This document shows, piece after piece, positions 10,401 to 19,369 of a stretch of DNA of 64,000 nt. Every line of letters starts with the position of its first letter. Within the stretch, counting starts at the first letter, position 1. Under the pieces are notes generated by a model. That model was not told where the DNA came from. It did not search any database and worked only from the letters and a program-made list of their open reading frames with translations. The position numbers and the translations under genes are program-made. The stretch lies in IMG/VR virus record IMGVR_UViG_3300036770_005682, positions 1 through 64,000 of that record. The stretch is one strand, 5' to 3'. The DNA is from a virus.

Positions 10401-12512
10401 ATCTGTACGTCTACCACCAGCACCAACCCTCCCGTTGTTAATTACTAAATTTCCGTTTGCGTCTCTTTGAAGGGGACCGCTTGCCTCAAGCCCTCCATAT
10501 GGGGTTACATAACCTTTGGCTCCCGGGTTGACCGGAGAAAGCCTGCCCTTTGCAGGCATGGAGTTAGCAACAAACGTAGGTACAAGTTGGCCATTTGGTC
10601 CTAATGGCAACATTTGGACTGTTCCGCCAGCAACGGAACCACCGAATTGCGCTCCTGCGGGTACACCAGCGGTGGAAATAAATGCACTACTGCCATAACT
10701 CCTATCGCCAGTACTTCTCCCACCCCTGCCGCCACCGCCGCCGCCGGGAAACTTTCCATTTACCACGACTGTTCCGGCGTTGACTGTTGCTTGAGCGGCG
10801 TTTACGCCAGCGGCTCCCATTGGGCCACCGCCATTACCCATTGCTCCAGCGATATTGAAATATGACCCAGCGGGGAAGTTGGGATTTGTAGAAACAACGC
10901 TACTCATTGCTGACGCCATCGCTGCAGCATTCCGCCGCTCATACCGTTCAGAGCGACGACCCTTTAATGCGTACCGTGTCATTCCAGCAACGGCCATCGT
11001 GCCGCCCACCGGCCCAAGCGCCGCCATGAGGTTGACAACGTTTGCAATCTGTTTAAATACTATTGCTACAGCCTCTAGAACCTGGTTGATAATTGGAAGA
11101 GCAACAGTAAAAGCCTTCCTTACAGCATTGCCTATATCAAAGAACCCGTCGACGATGTTTTTTAGAGCATTACCAAATGCCAGAAAATCTTCCTTATTAT
11201 TCTTTGCAAGGTCAGCAAAAGCCTGCGCATTCTGCCCTATGCGCCTGAATACGTGGATTAATGGCTCTCCGAACATTTTAATAACGACAGAGCCACCCTC
11301 GCGCATGGATTCAAGCATGTCTCGAGCGTCTTTAAAATCGTTTACAAAAGCTCTGAAAAAGTCTCCGGTCCGTTTCCACCAGCCTGCAGCAGCTGGTAAA
11401 AACTCTCTAAACAGCTTTATTGAAAACTCTTCTGTTTTTTCAGCCAATTTTTCCAGAGAACCTAAAAGACCACCGCGACCAAAATTGATGATGTCGCCTC
11501 TAACCATTCGAAACGCTCGAGTTAGACCATTAAATATTTCATTAAAAGTTTTTTTAACCGGTTCAAGGAGGTATTTACCAGCATCAGAAAGTTCAACAAA
11601 GGCCCTGGTCAAATATGACCTAAGCTGAGCGACAAGGGTTTGATTTATTGTGTTTCCAAAACCCTCAACACCGGCAGCCCTAGCTAAAGCGCCAGATTCA
11701 AGGTCTGCTAGAAGCTTTTTTGAATCAGAATATTTCTTAGCTACTTTTTCGAATTCTGGACCAATCTGCGAAGCTAATTGTGTCGTTTGGCTTGAAAAAC
11801 CTTTGTTCTTTTTAATCAGAGATATATACTCTGCGGCAGCGGCCATGCTTTTGTCTCTGTTTGGCCCAGTACCGAAATCTGCCATTGCTTGCAGTTGCTT
11901 AACAGCCGCAGGGTCAAGTTTTGCGTTTTTACTAAATGCGGCATACGCTTGGTTGAGGGCTGTGATTCCATATGAAGCAAGAGTGGAGTTCACCTGTAGC
12001 ATGCGCAGCGCATCGGCCGACTGAGAAAGGGCGCTACCTAGGGCGGGTGATTCTTTATATCTAAATGCAAAAGCCGCAGCATTGAATTCCTGGAATGCCG
12101 CCGCTGCCGTTATGGCAGCCGCCCCAGCCGCCGCTACAGCCCCAGCGAGGCCTTGCATGCCCCAGTTGTATAGTTTTACAGCAGCATTTCCTATTGCGAA
12201 AGCAGCATTAACGCTCACTAGGGCCAGTGTGACTGCTGCAAACTCGACAGCCAAACCGATTACTAGATACATCAATTTTCTGGCATGTTTGATAAATGTC
12301 AGGTTGGTGCTGTTGAGCCGTTGCATGGTTTTATTCATGCCGCCCATCCGGCCGTTAAGTTCACCCATCCGACCGGCGAGCCTGTTGGTGTCGTTGGCTA
12401 AAGTTCTTTGAGAGCGCGACAGGGCAGTGAGGCGAGCAGCAGTTGCCTCAATTTGCTCAGTGTTCCTTGTGTCTACGTCAAGAACAATATTTATACGACT
12501 GTCAGCAGCCAC
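7416..12512 (-). CDS. Tape measure protein with C-terminal M15-like Zn peptidase motif
   Basis: 1698 aa, Ala/Gly-rich with hydrophobic segments, downstream of tube and chaperone; C-terminal SDHATGRAYD...HLHV. Confidence 0.85.
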   Translation of the reverse strand: MAADSRINIVLDVDTRNTEQIEATAARLTALSRSQRTLANDTNRLAGRMGELNGRMGGMNKTMQRLNSTNLTFIKHARKLMYLVIGLAVEFAAVTLALVSVNAAFAIGNAAVKLYNWGMQGLAGAVAAAGAAAITAAAAFQEFNAAAFAFRYKESPALGSALSQSADALRMLQVNSTLASYGITALNQAYAAFSKNAKLDPAAVKQLQAMADFGTGPNRDKSMAAAAEYISLIKKNKGFSSQTTQLASQIGPEFEKVAKKYSDSKKLLADLESGALARAAGVEGFGNTINQTLVAQLRSYLTRAFVELSDAGKYLLEPVKKTFNEIFNGLTRAFRMVRGDIINFGRGGLLGSLEKLAEKTEEFSIKLFREFLPAAAGWWKRTGDFFRAFVNDFKDARDMLESMREGGSVVIKMFGEPLIHVFRRIGQNAQAFADLAKNNKEDFLAFGNALKNIVDGFFDIGNAVRKAFTVALPIINQVLEAVAIVFKQIANVVNLMAALGPVGGTMAVAGMTRYALKGRRSERYERRNAAAMASAMSSVVSTNPNFPAGSYFNIAGAMGNGGGPMGAAGVNAAQATVNAGTVVVNGKFPGGGGGGRGGRSTGDRSYGSSAFISTAGVPAGAQFGGSVAGGTVQMLPLGPNGQLVPTFVANSMPAKGRLSPVNPGAKGYVTPYGGLEASGPLQRDANGNLVINNGRVGAGGRRTDVGRQKSDAAYLEELSKRKAGGRDTARRIKEFDDYYIQTGRQHGEDTRPAGLVNSKNNQARMSHLIANQQTPTKTGRFRSRIFSRLVSGQVLPGPAYTPNNTPQMGMPGYSAPVTPGNVARGISGKMTSWWKGGSGGQGPGVSGQSGPGGAGGRPVTRLRAAGANAMSFMFGPKPDGSPTIGRQAKTRAGAFFTGQAFRTNAFNIQNANQQLMALAAANPGASQGQIMKMAIDNGMDANMAQKAFNKGKPMGKMKALGKGLRTGSSMMGGGMLASIGTSMFLESGMGQKMFSDPNAQKWMSTGAMLMPFSPALGLGVGLAGAAFNAKTTGGGMLAGAGAGAAFGSMIGGPVGAAVGAAVGTIVGGISSVRNKNKMARAGATAIADSKLVEVTANTLAGALISGTTSGGRETIRDFKKFVNDFEQMNKSDRESSLKKFVDAGIIDSRTAELMSGQGGYGQQAVGRLKKEVSDMETAITPMFDQFDESMRGLQLATGMSSAEIMNLASKMNVNLFDPTVKLTDVIAKLGVGMVETAEQIQQSLRDIAVKSTSVFDTFLESKQMEDSVNAARTRLLGGDTSTEAFIDYYQKVVDLQNLQSPDAGIGNFLNRYSGMVSGEIYNTELQGVTRNAKFDQLLNDQLTQEQAGISAQYAKNIGQALVEKNLGFADATKGQEVLTSAISGLITKAKGGDKTAQEQLFKLENAINSGTLLSGVTTSKGASEAIANFLGITSSSRPKSGVTLGGERITALETGTMSAETLAAMSEGAREIYTQMTQAFTDGLAQVTDNPQWWTDAPPWWNSSPFTGGSGGGSGASSGPPADYPNARYSSGGVDGPGWYVQSRGGVPRKVGDTSTSKALRATMGAHSRFNNMLPGKRMITSSWREWGLGSPSSDHATGRAYDLTGDNLQQYAKNINSAGGFAEFHGVAGQRHLHVVPPIGPIGDRSSPVSGGTTAGSTTYGGDSFNITVVESNNARETADEVVQKIMAMQAQSRRRR

Positions 12513-12528
12513 TTATACCCCAATATGC

Positions 12529-12726
12529 TCAATATCCTTGAGCTTTACGCTCGGCAGCGGCGCGGTCCGCCTCAATAACTTTAGCACATGAGACGCGTAT
12601 TATCCATTCTTCAGCAGTGCAGTCGAGCAGCTGAATGGGGTCTGTACCGAATAACTCTCCTAGACGAGCGGCCGTCACTATACGGCCGTCCTCCGTCAAT
12701 TCATCTAGGATTGCTTCGTAGGGTTT
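12529..12726 (-). CDS. Tail assembly chaperone extension (gpT-like) reached by -1 frameshift
   Basis: Open -1 frame KPYEAILDELTEDGRIVTAARLGELFGTDPIQLLDCTAEEWIIRVSCAKVIEADRAAAERKAQGY* starting at slippery A-AAC-CCT. Confidence 0.75.
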   Translation of the reverse strand, partial: KPYEAILDELTEDGRIVTAARLGELFGTDPIQLLDCTAEEWIIRVSCAKVIEADRAAAERKAQGY

Positions 12727-13217
12727 TCGGTTTGCTCCACCGTGTCGCCGTAGCCGGCAGCGTCAATGATTGCCAATGCTGCAGCCTCTACGTGAGGGTC
12801 GAGACCGAAAAATGCGATAACAGCATCCGGCAGCGCACGTGCAGCACCGGTCATTCTCAGGACTGAAGGAGATGCAAAACCGAGTGACTTGCCATCCTCG
12901 AATACCTCTTCGCCGTTTAGGTAGATGCCACGAGTCGTGTGTCCAATTACCTGGCAAGCAAATTTGGTTGCGTCAATTCCATTCTTCGTCTCAGAGCCAG
13001 CATTTTTTTGCCATGCACGAAGTTGTTGCTGAGTAATGTTCGGACTGATTAGAAGCTGGACACCCGGACGCTCTGGAACGTTAATAAAGACCTCAGGGCG
13101 CATAACTTTCTTGCTCACAACGGCCTTCAGTTGTTCAAGAACGTTGTCCGTGTCAGTATCTTCGGCAAAGGAAGAGACATTGGAGTTTTCATCTATTGGT
13201 TCGTACAGATTGCTCAT
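12705..13217 (-). CDS. Tail assembly chaperone (gpG-like)
   Basis: Between tube and tape measure; ends ENPTKQS; likely start ATG at 13217. Confidence 0.75.
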   Translation of the reverse strand: MSNLYEPIDENSNVSSFAEDTDTDNVLEQLKAVVSKKVMRPEVFINVPERPGVQLLISPNITQQQLRAWQKNAGSETKNGIDATKFACQVIGHTTRGIYLNGEEVFEDGKSLGFASPSVLRMTGAARALPDAVIAFFGLDPHVEAAALAIIDAAGYGDTVEQTENPTKQS

Positions 13218-13224
13218 ATGCGTC

Positions 13225-13258
13225 ACATTAGCACTACTACCAGCGTGCTAGTGGATGT
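13225..13258 (-). promoter_or_regulatory. Putative promoter (TCCACTA-N18-TAATGT), probably giving a leaderless mRNA
   Basis: Extended -10 TGcTAATGT lies 7 nt before ATG 13217; similar motif upstream of the capsid gene. Confidence 0.4.
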
Positions 13259-13269
13259 CAATAATTAAA

Positions 13270-13716
13270 TTATTGAGTTGGAGCGCCTGAAATTGCAAAT
13301 GTCAGCGCGAATGTCGCTGGTGCACCAGATGAAGCATCGCCCTCTGGCTCTGAAAGACCCACAAGAAGGGCCTTTGCATAAATGCGCTCGGACTGTGCGT
13401 TTTTGAGGTCGCAGTCTGTGTCGTAAATCTTGATTTCATAGTAGGCGCGGCCAACTACTCCTCTAACCGTGTTGAGCACGGTGCGCAAGCTTGAGTCGTA
13501 ATGCTTGGTGAGCGTAACGTCTCCAACCTCTGACGGGGCGCAAAGTGTTTCGGGGAATGGGTTACCGCCGGTATAAATCTTTTCTACCGAAGCAGTTATT
13601 TCACCGCCAGAAACTTGAGCGAAGTATCCACTCAAGTTTGGGCCCGTCACATCACCACCTGAGAGCGGTGTTATTTCGGCGATAATTTGCCTCTGAGCCA
13701 ACTTTGACGTTGCCAT
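13270..13716 (-). CDS. Tail tube protein
   Basis: 148 aa following sheath; FAQVSGGEI.A.VEK.Y.GG...GDVTLT...DASS pattern. Confidence 0.75.
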   Translation of the reverse strand: MATSKLAQRQIIAEITPLSGGDVTGPNLSGYFAQVSGGEITASVEKIYTGGNPFPETLCAPSEVGDVTLTKHYDSSLRTVLNTVRGVVGRAYYEIKIYDTDCDLKNAQSERIYAKALLVGLSEPEGDASSGAPATFALTFAISGAPTQ

Positions 13717-13727
13717 TTATTCCTCCG

Positions 13728-15185
13728 TTATACCAATGTTGAAGTTAGATTTGACTTGGTGATTTCGACCTCGATGCGGTCACCCACCGAGCTGACTCGT
13801 GCACCAACCTTGGCCTTAATTACGCCGGTTGCCAACTGGGTCAGCGGGTTTATAGCATCGTTGACTTGGACTGTGTATCCGGGGTCGATTTGCCTTCCTG
13901 TACCGTCAAAAGCTTCGTACAGACCACCACCGAGGCGGATTCTTTCCATAATGCCAGTCAATGTGGCTGCAACTCTCGAGAAAGTTGAGCGGCGACCATC
14001 GATGGGCAAGAACAGAAGAGCCTCAAGTGCTGTTTCTGCTTCGTAGACAATCTGGTTTAGTACCTCTCTGGCAACGATGAACCTGAAGTTGTCGGTATCG
14101 CCAGAAGCAGAACGTGCTCCATATACCCGTGTTGTGCCGTTGATAACCTTGATTGCGTTTACGTAACCGGCATCAAGAGTGTCTGCTTCTGTGCTTGAAA
14201 GAATGACATATGGGGCTGTTACGAACTTTGCCTCTGACTTTTCTCCCGCATATGGAGTCCATGAGCCAGAAGTGTTGTGAACCATCGCGCGCTTAGCGCA
14301 GACATAACCCTCACAGGGGATTGTCTTCGTCAGCGTTCCGTTTGGAATTTTTACCCATGGGTAAAAGAACGCTGCATACTCAGAATTTTCAGCATCTGAA
14401 TAGTTGGCTAGGTCTGTTACAGCGTCGTTAACTGAATCGTCTTTGTCAAAGCCAAGAATTGCAATGCGACGATTTGTTGCTGCATGGGCAATCAAAGCAT
14501 CGCGAACAGTTGAAGAGGTGTATCCGGGTGCACAAATAGCGCCTGGTCCAAGGCTCTCCGTGAATAGCCCAACTGCAGTCACAACATCCGCTGCGGCAAT
14601 TGCACCACCATCATCGCCGCCGGTGAAGTTGCCAGAAGCCAAAACGGCTGGAATTCCAGTTCCTCCCTCGTCTACGGCTGTCACATAGAGAGCAGCAACG
14701 GCACTGTTGTTGATTTCGTTAACAGCGTCGGCCACGGTAGTGTGAATTTGGCTGCGGAATACGGTGCTTCCATTCAGAAGAATAGAAATCCTAAAGTTCG
14801 ACCCAGCTGTTGGCTGTGCAACTGCCGCTTGAAGAACACCGCCATTTGCCCACGTTCCCTTGCCTGCGGCAGTAAGGGTGATAACGGCAGTTCCGCCAGT
14901 CTCATCGAGCTCCAGCGTTGCCTCTGCAGCGTCGCCGGCCACAACGCGAGACACGTAAGCGCGAGCACCGCCCTCTTCAAAGAATGTCTCGATGGTCTCA
15001 TGTGTCCACCCAGCAGCAATAGAGCCACCAAAAATATCCTCATAGTCAGACAAGCTCGTAATGAGATGAACGGTGCCGTCAGGGCCGCGCTCTGTCAGAC
15101 CGGCAACGAACATTGTCGCTGTGGCCGCTGTCTGTGCAGTTGTTGGTCCTGTCCGAACCGCCGTTGTTACGATTACACCTGGCAT
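13728..15185 (-). CDS. Tail sheath protein (contractile tail)
   Basis: MPGV.V, G.TERGP, FFEEGG..AYVSRV, YAAFFYPWV, VNAIK...G.RVYGARS motifs; GGAGG RBS. Confidence 0.92.
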   Translation of the reverse strand: MPGVIVTTAVRTGPTTAQTAATATMFVAGLTERGPDGTVHLITSLSDYEDIFGGSIAAGWTHETIETFFEEGGARAYVSRVVAGDAAEATLELDETGGTAVITLTAAGKGTWANGGVLQAAVAQPTAGSNFRISILLNGSTVFRSQIHTTVADAVNEINNSAVAALYVTAVDEGGTGIPAVLASGNFTGGDDGGAIAAADVVTAVGLFTESLGPGAICAPGYTSSTVRDALIAHAATNRRIAILGFDKDDSVNDAVTDLANYSDAENSEYAAFFYPWVKIPNGTLTKTIPCEGYVCAKRAMVHNTSGSWTPYAGEKSEAKFVTAPYVILSSTEADTLDAGYVNAIKVINGTTRVYGARSASGDTDNFRFIVAREVLNQIVYEAETALEALLFLPIDGRRSTFSRVAATLTGIMERIRLGGGLYEAFDGTGRQIDPGYTVQVNDAINPLTQLATGVIKAKVGARVSSVGDRIEVEITKSNLTSTLV

Positions 15186-15240
15186 TTGTTCCTCCGTCCC
15201 ATCCTAAGTGTATGGGCTATTTATTTCGAGACTACTCAGA

Positions 15241-15726
15241 TTATACTGACTGACTATCTGTTTCTGGCGAACCTTCGCCCTGTAATTCGGCAGAAGATTC
15301 GACATCTACTACTGAATCTGCTTCTACTAATTGTTCCACGTTTTCTGGTTCTGCGGCACTAGTTTTATCTTCGCCGCTGATTACGGCGGCAAGGTCAGCC
15401 ACAGCACCTTCTAGAGGCTGGGGGGATGAAGTTGACTGGTCTTTTTTGCGACGCTTTTTTTTTGGAGCTTCTGTTTCATTTATGGGCGCAGCGGAGGAAG
15501 AGGTGGTGAATGGACGCACCTTAAGAAGCTTTTTGTCAATTAGTGATTTAATTTGTTCATTGTTAGCGTTTGCAAGAAATGTTGACAGCGGCGTCGAAAA
15601 AACGTCGTTAATCACTTCTATTGTTCTTCCGGAGACGTTCTGGACTTGTACACAATCCGCAAATTCAAGTGGCAGCTCTGCCGAATTGCCGTCTAGAAAA
15701 TAAAAGAAATTTATATCTCGTGTCAT
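15241..15726 (-). CDS. Hypothetical protein
   Basis: 161 aa ORF with GGAG RBS in tail operon. Confidence 0.55.
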   Translation of the reverse strand: MTRDINFFYFLDGNSAELPLEFADCVQVQNVSGRTIEVINDVFSTPLSTFLANANNEQIKSLIDKKLLKVRPFTTSSSAAPINETEAPKKKRRKKDQSTSSPQPLEGAVADLAAVISGEDKTSAAEPENVEQLVEADSVVDVESSAELQGEGSPETDSQSV

Positions 15727-15735
15727 CTGTTTCTC

Positions 15736-16350
15736 CTAAAAAAGATTCTCTAAGTCGTCTTCTGACAAATCGCCCGTGCCTCGTATATCGATGTCGTATT
15801 CCGTAACGGTTCCTACATCTTCACGTGTAATCACTTCATCCAATAATAGGTCATAACCTATGTAAGCACCAGCAAGAACCCTGTCCCCTTTGAGCAAGGT
15901 TAACTCAGAATATTCCTCGGACATCGTTGTTTCTTCCACTCTTGCAGCCCTAGAAGTGTCAAGCCGTGTCAAGCATGGGTAATCCAGCAAAGCAGAACGA
16001 ATAACCGTAGTAAGGCGGTCCCTCATGAGGGTTGATTCATAAGAGCCCTCTGTTTTCACCCAAACATAGGTTCTCATCCCATAAGCGACCCTATAGAGAG
16101 GGTCGAGTGTTGTTCCGTCGTACTCTAATCTGGTGAATGATTTCGCATTGATGGCGACTGTAATTATCGATGGCCATGCATCAAGGGCCAGCGGTTCATA
16201 TGTTAGGTATTCTGCTGGATTGGGTAATGTGATGTCATCTACTGACCAACCATTTCGATATTTAACCAAACGCGTCGGTATATCGTTTTTTAAATACTCA
16301 TTGACATAATATTTTGCAGAATGAGAACCCTGCATTAGTTCTTTCGTCAT
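15736..16350 (-). CDS. Putative tail completion/terminator protein
   Basis: Position between neck gene and sheath; 204 aa. Confidence 0.5.
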   Translation of the reverse strand: MTKELMQGSHSAKYYVNEYLKNDIPTRLVKYRNGWSVDDITLPNPAEYLTYEPLALDAWPSIITVAINAKSFTRLEYDGTTLDPLYRVAYGMRTYVWVKTEGSYESTLMRDRLTTVIRSALLDYPCLTRLDTSRAARVEETTMSEEYSELTLLKGDRVLAGAYIGYDLLLDEVITREDVGTVTEYDIDIRGTGDLSEDDLENLF

Positions 16351-16811
16351 TAAATTACCTGCCCGTCAACAACCCAATCGGCGGCGTCGTTGGCATATTT
16401 TTCAGCGAATCCAGCGGGCTCAAATACTATTTTGCGTTTTGGCATTTTAGTAGTTCCATACTGGTGAAATTTTGCGTATTCAACCTTTGTTCCGAGGGAC
16501 ATGGATTTTGGAGTCATCGAAAAAATAGAATCAGGACTATTGCCAGTCATGCTGGCTAACAGCCTTCCTGTCCTAACCATTGGCGGAGCACCAGGGAAGC
16601 GTGTTGCCTTCCACGCTCCATAACCAGCATCGAGTGGGGCCCATCCTCCTGATGGAAGTCCACCCAGCGCAAAGTTGGAAGCATTCATCGCCCCTATCTC
16701 TGCTTTGGCCTTCATAAAAAGCGGCGCAAAGTTTTGTGAGCGTAGAAACGCTGCAGTCAAGCTGGCTTGTGTTTTTTCTACTCCACTAATTCTTATGTCT
16801 ACAGAAGCCAC
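16350..16811 (-). CDS. Virion morphogenesis protein (Mu gpG / P2 gpS-like)
   Basis: W.PL...Y...K, TGRL..S, GT.V.YA.FHQYGT.KMP.R motifs. Confidence 0.8.
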   Translation of the reverse strand: MASVDIRISGVEKTQASLTAAFLRSQNFAPLFMKAKAEIGAMNASNFALGGLPSGGWAPLDAGYGAWKATRFPGAPPMVRTGRLLASMTGNSPDSIFSMTPKSMSLGTKVEYAKFHQYGTTKMPKRKIVFEPAGFAEKYANDAADWVVDGQVI

Positions 16812-17668
16812 TAAATTCTCCGTCTTCTGTACCGTCTCAGGGCTAGCAATTCCTTTTCGGTGAAGCCAGTTTCAAGTGGAGCGACATTACGTGGATTCAG
16901 GTCTTTGACGCCAACAACATCATCGTGCATATTTTGCATTTCTCGTGTTGCGGCCCTCAAAATAAACAATTTGAAAAGATGAAGATTTTCCCCATCCAGG
17001 CCGCCGGTGTACGTTATCTCAACATTGTCATTTGGGAAGCCACGGTACATTTCTAAACCATACCTATGAACAACATAATCGTTGCCCGTGGCGGTAGCAG
17101 TACCACCACTAACGTATGCCCCAGGGTTCGTATCAAAACCGCCAACCGTGAATGAATTAGTTGTAACAGCAGTTATTTGTTTCCCAGAGAAAGAAAAAGA
17201 TTCTGGAGAGACGCCCGTGACAACAACAAACTGTCCCACAGTAAAGCCGTGAGCTGCGGCCGTAAATACAACATTCGAGCCGGAAAAGGAGGCTCCAGTT
17301 ATCGTTGCTTGGCGCTTTTTGGCCTCACCGAGGAGCATGCCGGTTTCTGAAAGGTTTTTAATTACCACTTTTGAAACGGAAACAACTGGTGTATTTCTGA
17401 GGCTTAGGACAACCGAAGGCTGCATGTAGTTAATTGTTGTACCCGTAGTATCGAGGCTGTTGTCATAAAAAAAAGATGTGGCTGGGACCCCCTGGAAGTA
17501 TGAGGGTATAACGTGAGTTTCGACAAATTCATCAACCTCTATAGGTCGACGCAAAAATGCTTCTAGCTCACTCTGGAGACCCATTAACACCAGTTCAGCA
17601 GCGTCCTGTTGACGCAGGCTGAAACTAATATCCATGTATGTGGTCAGTTCACTGACGGAAACCAGCAC
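16811..17668 (-). CDS. Head-tail adaptor with inserted beta domain
   Basis: LVSVSEL..YM, E.FL.R.I, PVVSV..V, V.ITYT.G and L.RYRR motifs; insert AHGFTVGQFV.VTGV. Confidence 0.7.
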   Translation of the reverse strand: MLVSVSELTTYMDISFSLRQQDAAELVLMGLQSELEAFLRRPIEVDEFVETHVIPSYFQGVPATSFFYDNSLDTTGTTINYMQPSVVLSLRNTPVVSVSKVVIKNLSETGMLLGEAKKRQATITGASFSGSNVVFTAAAHGFTVGQFVVVTGVSPESFSFSGKQITAVTTNSFTVGGFDTNPGAYVSGGTATATGNDYVVHRYGLEMYRGFPNDNVEITYTGGLDGENLHLFKLFILRAATREMQNMHDDVVGVKDLNPRNVAPLETGFTEKELLALRRYRRRRI

Positions 17669-17670
17669 AG

Positions 17671-17895
17671 TTATACCGCCCGACCAAGGCGAAGATTTCT
17701 GCGTTCACGAAGGAGTCTCCGGCCCTCTCCGCTTCGAGTTCTATTTCTTCCGCCTCCGCCCACAGTGTCGCTGAGGCGTCTTAGGGCATATGACGTAGCC
17801 CTCTTCCACCACGACGGAAGATTTGTTCCTGCTGGCGCAATTCTGCGCGTTGGGGCAGGCAACTCAGTATCGGTTATGTTGTTAGTGCTTGGCAT
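17671..17895 (-). CDS. Small Arg-rich protein
   Basis: 74 aa, GAGG RBS, very basic C-terminus. Confidence 0.55.
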   Translation of the reverse strand: MPSTNNITDTELPAPTRRIAPAGTNLPSWWKRATSYALRRLSDTVGGGGRNRTRSGEGRRLLRERRNLRLGRAV

Positions 17896-17932
17896 AGCTA
17901 CCTCACTGCGTAGTCAATGCCAATATTTTACT

Positions 17933-18472
17933 TTATGAGTCGGCGTTTGGAGGGCGTTCGAATTCCATGGAGTCGACAGCACCAACAGGGGCTTCAATTG
18001 GAACCCACGCCTTAGAGTATTTGTGCTCAGAGACTTTGCGCATTTTTATCAACGACCCATCAAGAAGCATGTCTAGTTCAATCATTGACATCCCAAGAAC
18101 ATCTTCCAGTGCAGCTGCTGTGTATTTCCCAGATTGATGTATTTTTTTGACGGTTCTTGACAGGTGGTGATTAACTATTGAACCGCGCGCCCTGTTGAGA
18201 CTTATATGCATAATCATCGCCTCGATGTCGTCACAGTCGACAACATGAACTGGGACCTTATTGCCATACATTGACTTCAAGCGCTTACTTGTTGCGATTG
18301 AGACAACGCGATGAAAGCCGTCAATGATAAACCCAGAACTCTTCTGAACAACGATAGGACTAATGATGCCGTATTTCTCTATTGACTGAGACAGCAGCTT
18401 TAGGTCTGGCCGCAATACGTGCGTTGTTCGCCAGGGGGCAGGACGCAGGTTTTCTAATTTTTCTGTTGCCAT
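17933..18472 (-). CDS. ParB/Srx N-terminal domain protein (IbrB-like)
   Basis: L..SI.KYG..SPIVV, IIDGFHR, LNRARG motifs. Confidence 0.75.
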   Translation of the reverse strand: MATEKLENLRPAPWRTTHVLRPDLKLLSQSIEKYGIISPIVVQKSSGFIIDGFHRVVSIATSKRLKSMYGNKVPVHVVDCDDIEAMIMHISLNRARGSIVNHHLSRTVKKIHQSGKYTAAALEDVLGMSMIELDMLLDGSLIKMRKVSEHKYSKAWVPIEAPVGAVDSMEFERPPNADS

Positions 18473-18474
18473 AA

Positions 18475-18810
18475 CTACACCTGTGCTCTGATGTTGGCGT
18501 TAAGGGTACGAAGAGCGTCGATACTGGTACGCAATGAGAGTAGTTTTTCCCTCTTGGCCTTCAGTAATGATTCAGCAATTTTGTAGTCAAACATGAGCTC
18601 ATCCATTTTGTAGTCCGCCCACGCTTCGCGCTCCTTGATGGAGCCTTTTGCGGATAAATATTCTTTTGCCCAGTTCGTTTTGTATTGAGCATCTTTTTTC
18701 GCAGAGTCTTCTGCTAGACGTTCAAAAGCTTCTGTTTCTTTTTCTAGCTCGTCAATTAATTCGAGCAAAGTTTCTTCAACATCTATTTGGCTAATTGGTC
18801 GATTGCGCAC
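18475..18810 (-). CDS. Hypothetical coiled-coil protein
   Basis: 111 aa helical, collinear with neighbours. Confidence 0.6.
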   Translation of the reverse strand: MRNRPISQIDVEETLLELIDELEKETEAFERLAEDSAKKDAQYKTNWAKEYLSAKGSIKEREAWADYKMDELMFDYKIAESLLKAKREKLLSLRTSIDALRTLNANIRAQV

Positions 18811-18819
18811 AATGGAATA

Positions 18820-19353
18820 CTACCTGCTTGTTGCAATTTCATCCAGTGGCAACCAGCATATTTTTTCCATAGCCGACAGGTGCGAGGCTGGCCAGTCGTA
18901 TGCCGATTGACCAATCCTGGTCATGCCCATTTGCTCCAGAATCCAGGCATCACATCTATCGTCAGCGCCAGAGCCTGACCAGACTATACTGGTCTTAGCT
19001 GATATAGCAGAGACAACTTCTGTTTTTGATGCATTGCCTTTGCCAGTGGCAAATTTTGCTCGTGACGTTGGGGGAACGTCGACAAACGGTATGCCTCTTT
19101 CCCATAGCATCATTCTGACGCAGCCGCCCAATTCACCAATGCTGTGAGCTTGACTGTTTCTCGAAGCAAACGAATATCCTTCAATGATGAAACATTCGAT
19201 TGATTGCTCTACTGATAAACGTTCAATTTCTCTTGTTAAAAAAGACAGACGCTCAGCACCCCTCACGCCGTTGGGGGCAGAAATACATAATGTTTCACTG
19301 TTACTAGAGTATCCAGTAGATGTTAGTGATAAATCAAGTCCGGCTATCCGCAT
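18820..19353 (-). CDS. RuvC-like Holliday junction resolvase
   Basis: GLDLSLTSTG, IEGYSF, ELGG.VR, KFATGKGNA.K, DD.CDA; likely start ATG 19353. Confidence 0.85.
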   Translation of the reverse strand: MRIAGLDLSLTSTGYSSNSETLCISAPNGVRGAERLSFLTREIERLSVEQSIECFIIEGYSFASRNSQAHSIGELGGCVRMMLWERGIPFVDVPPTSRAKFATGKGNASKTEVVSAISAKTSIVWSGSGADDRCDAWILEQMGMTRIGQSAYDWPASHLSAMEKICWLPLDEIATSR

Positions 19354-19369
19354 GACACAACAGTAGCCC

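Noticed and set aside
7690-12411. Many plus-strand ORFs antisense to the tape measure gene, and similar antisense ORFs over the polyproteins and capsid
   Set aside because: They are shadow frames of long genes, with no recognisable motifs or ribosome-binding sites.
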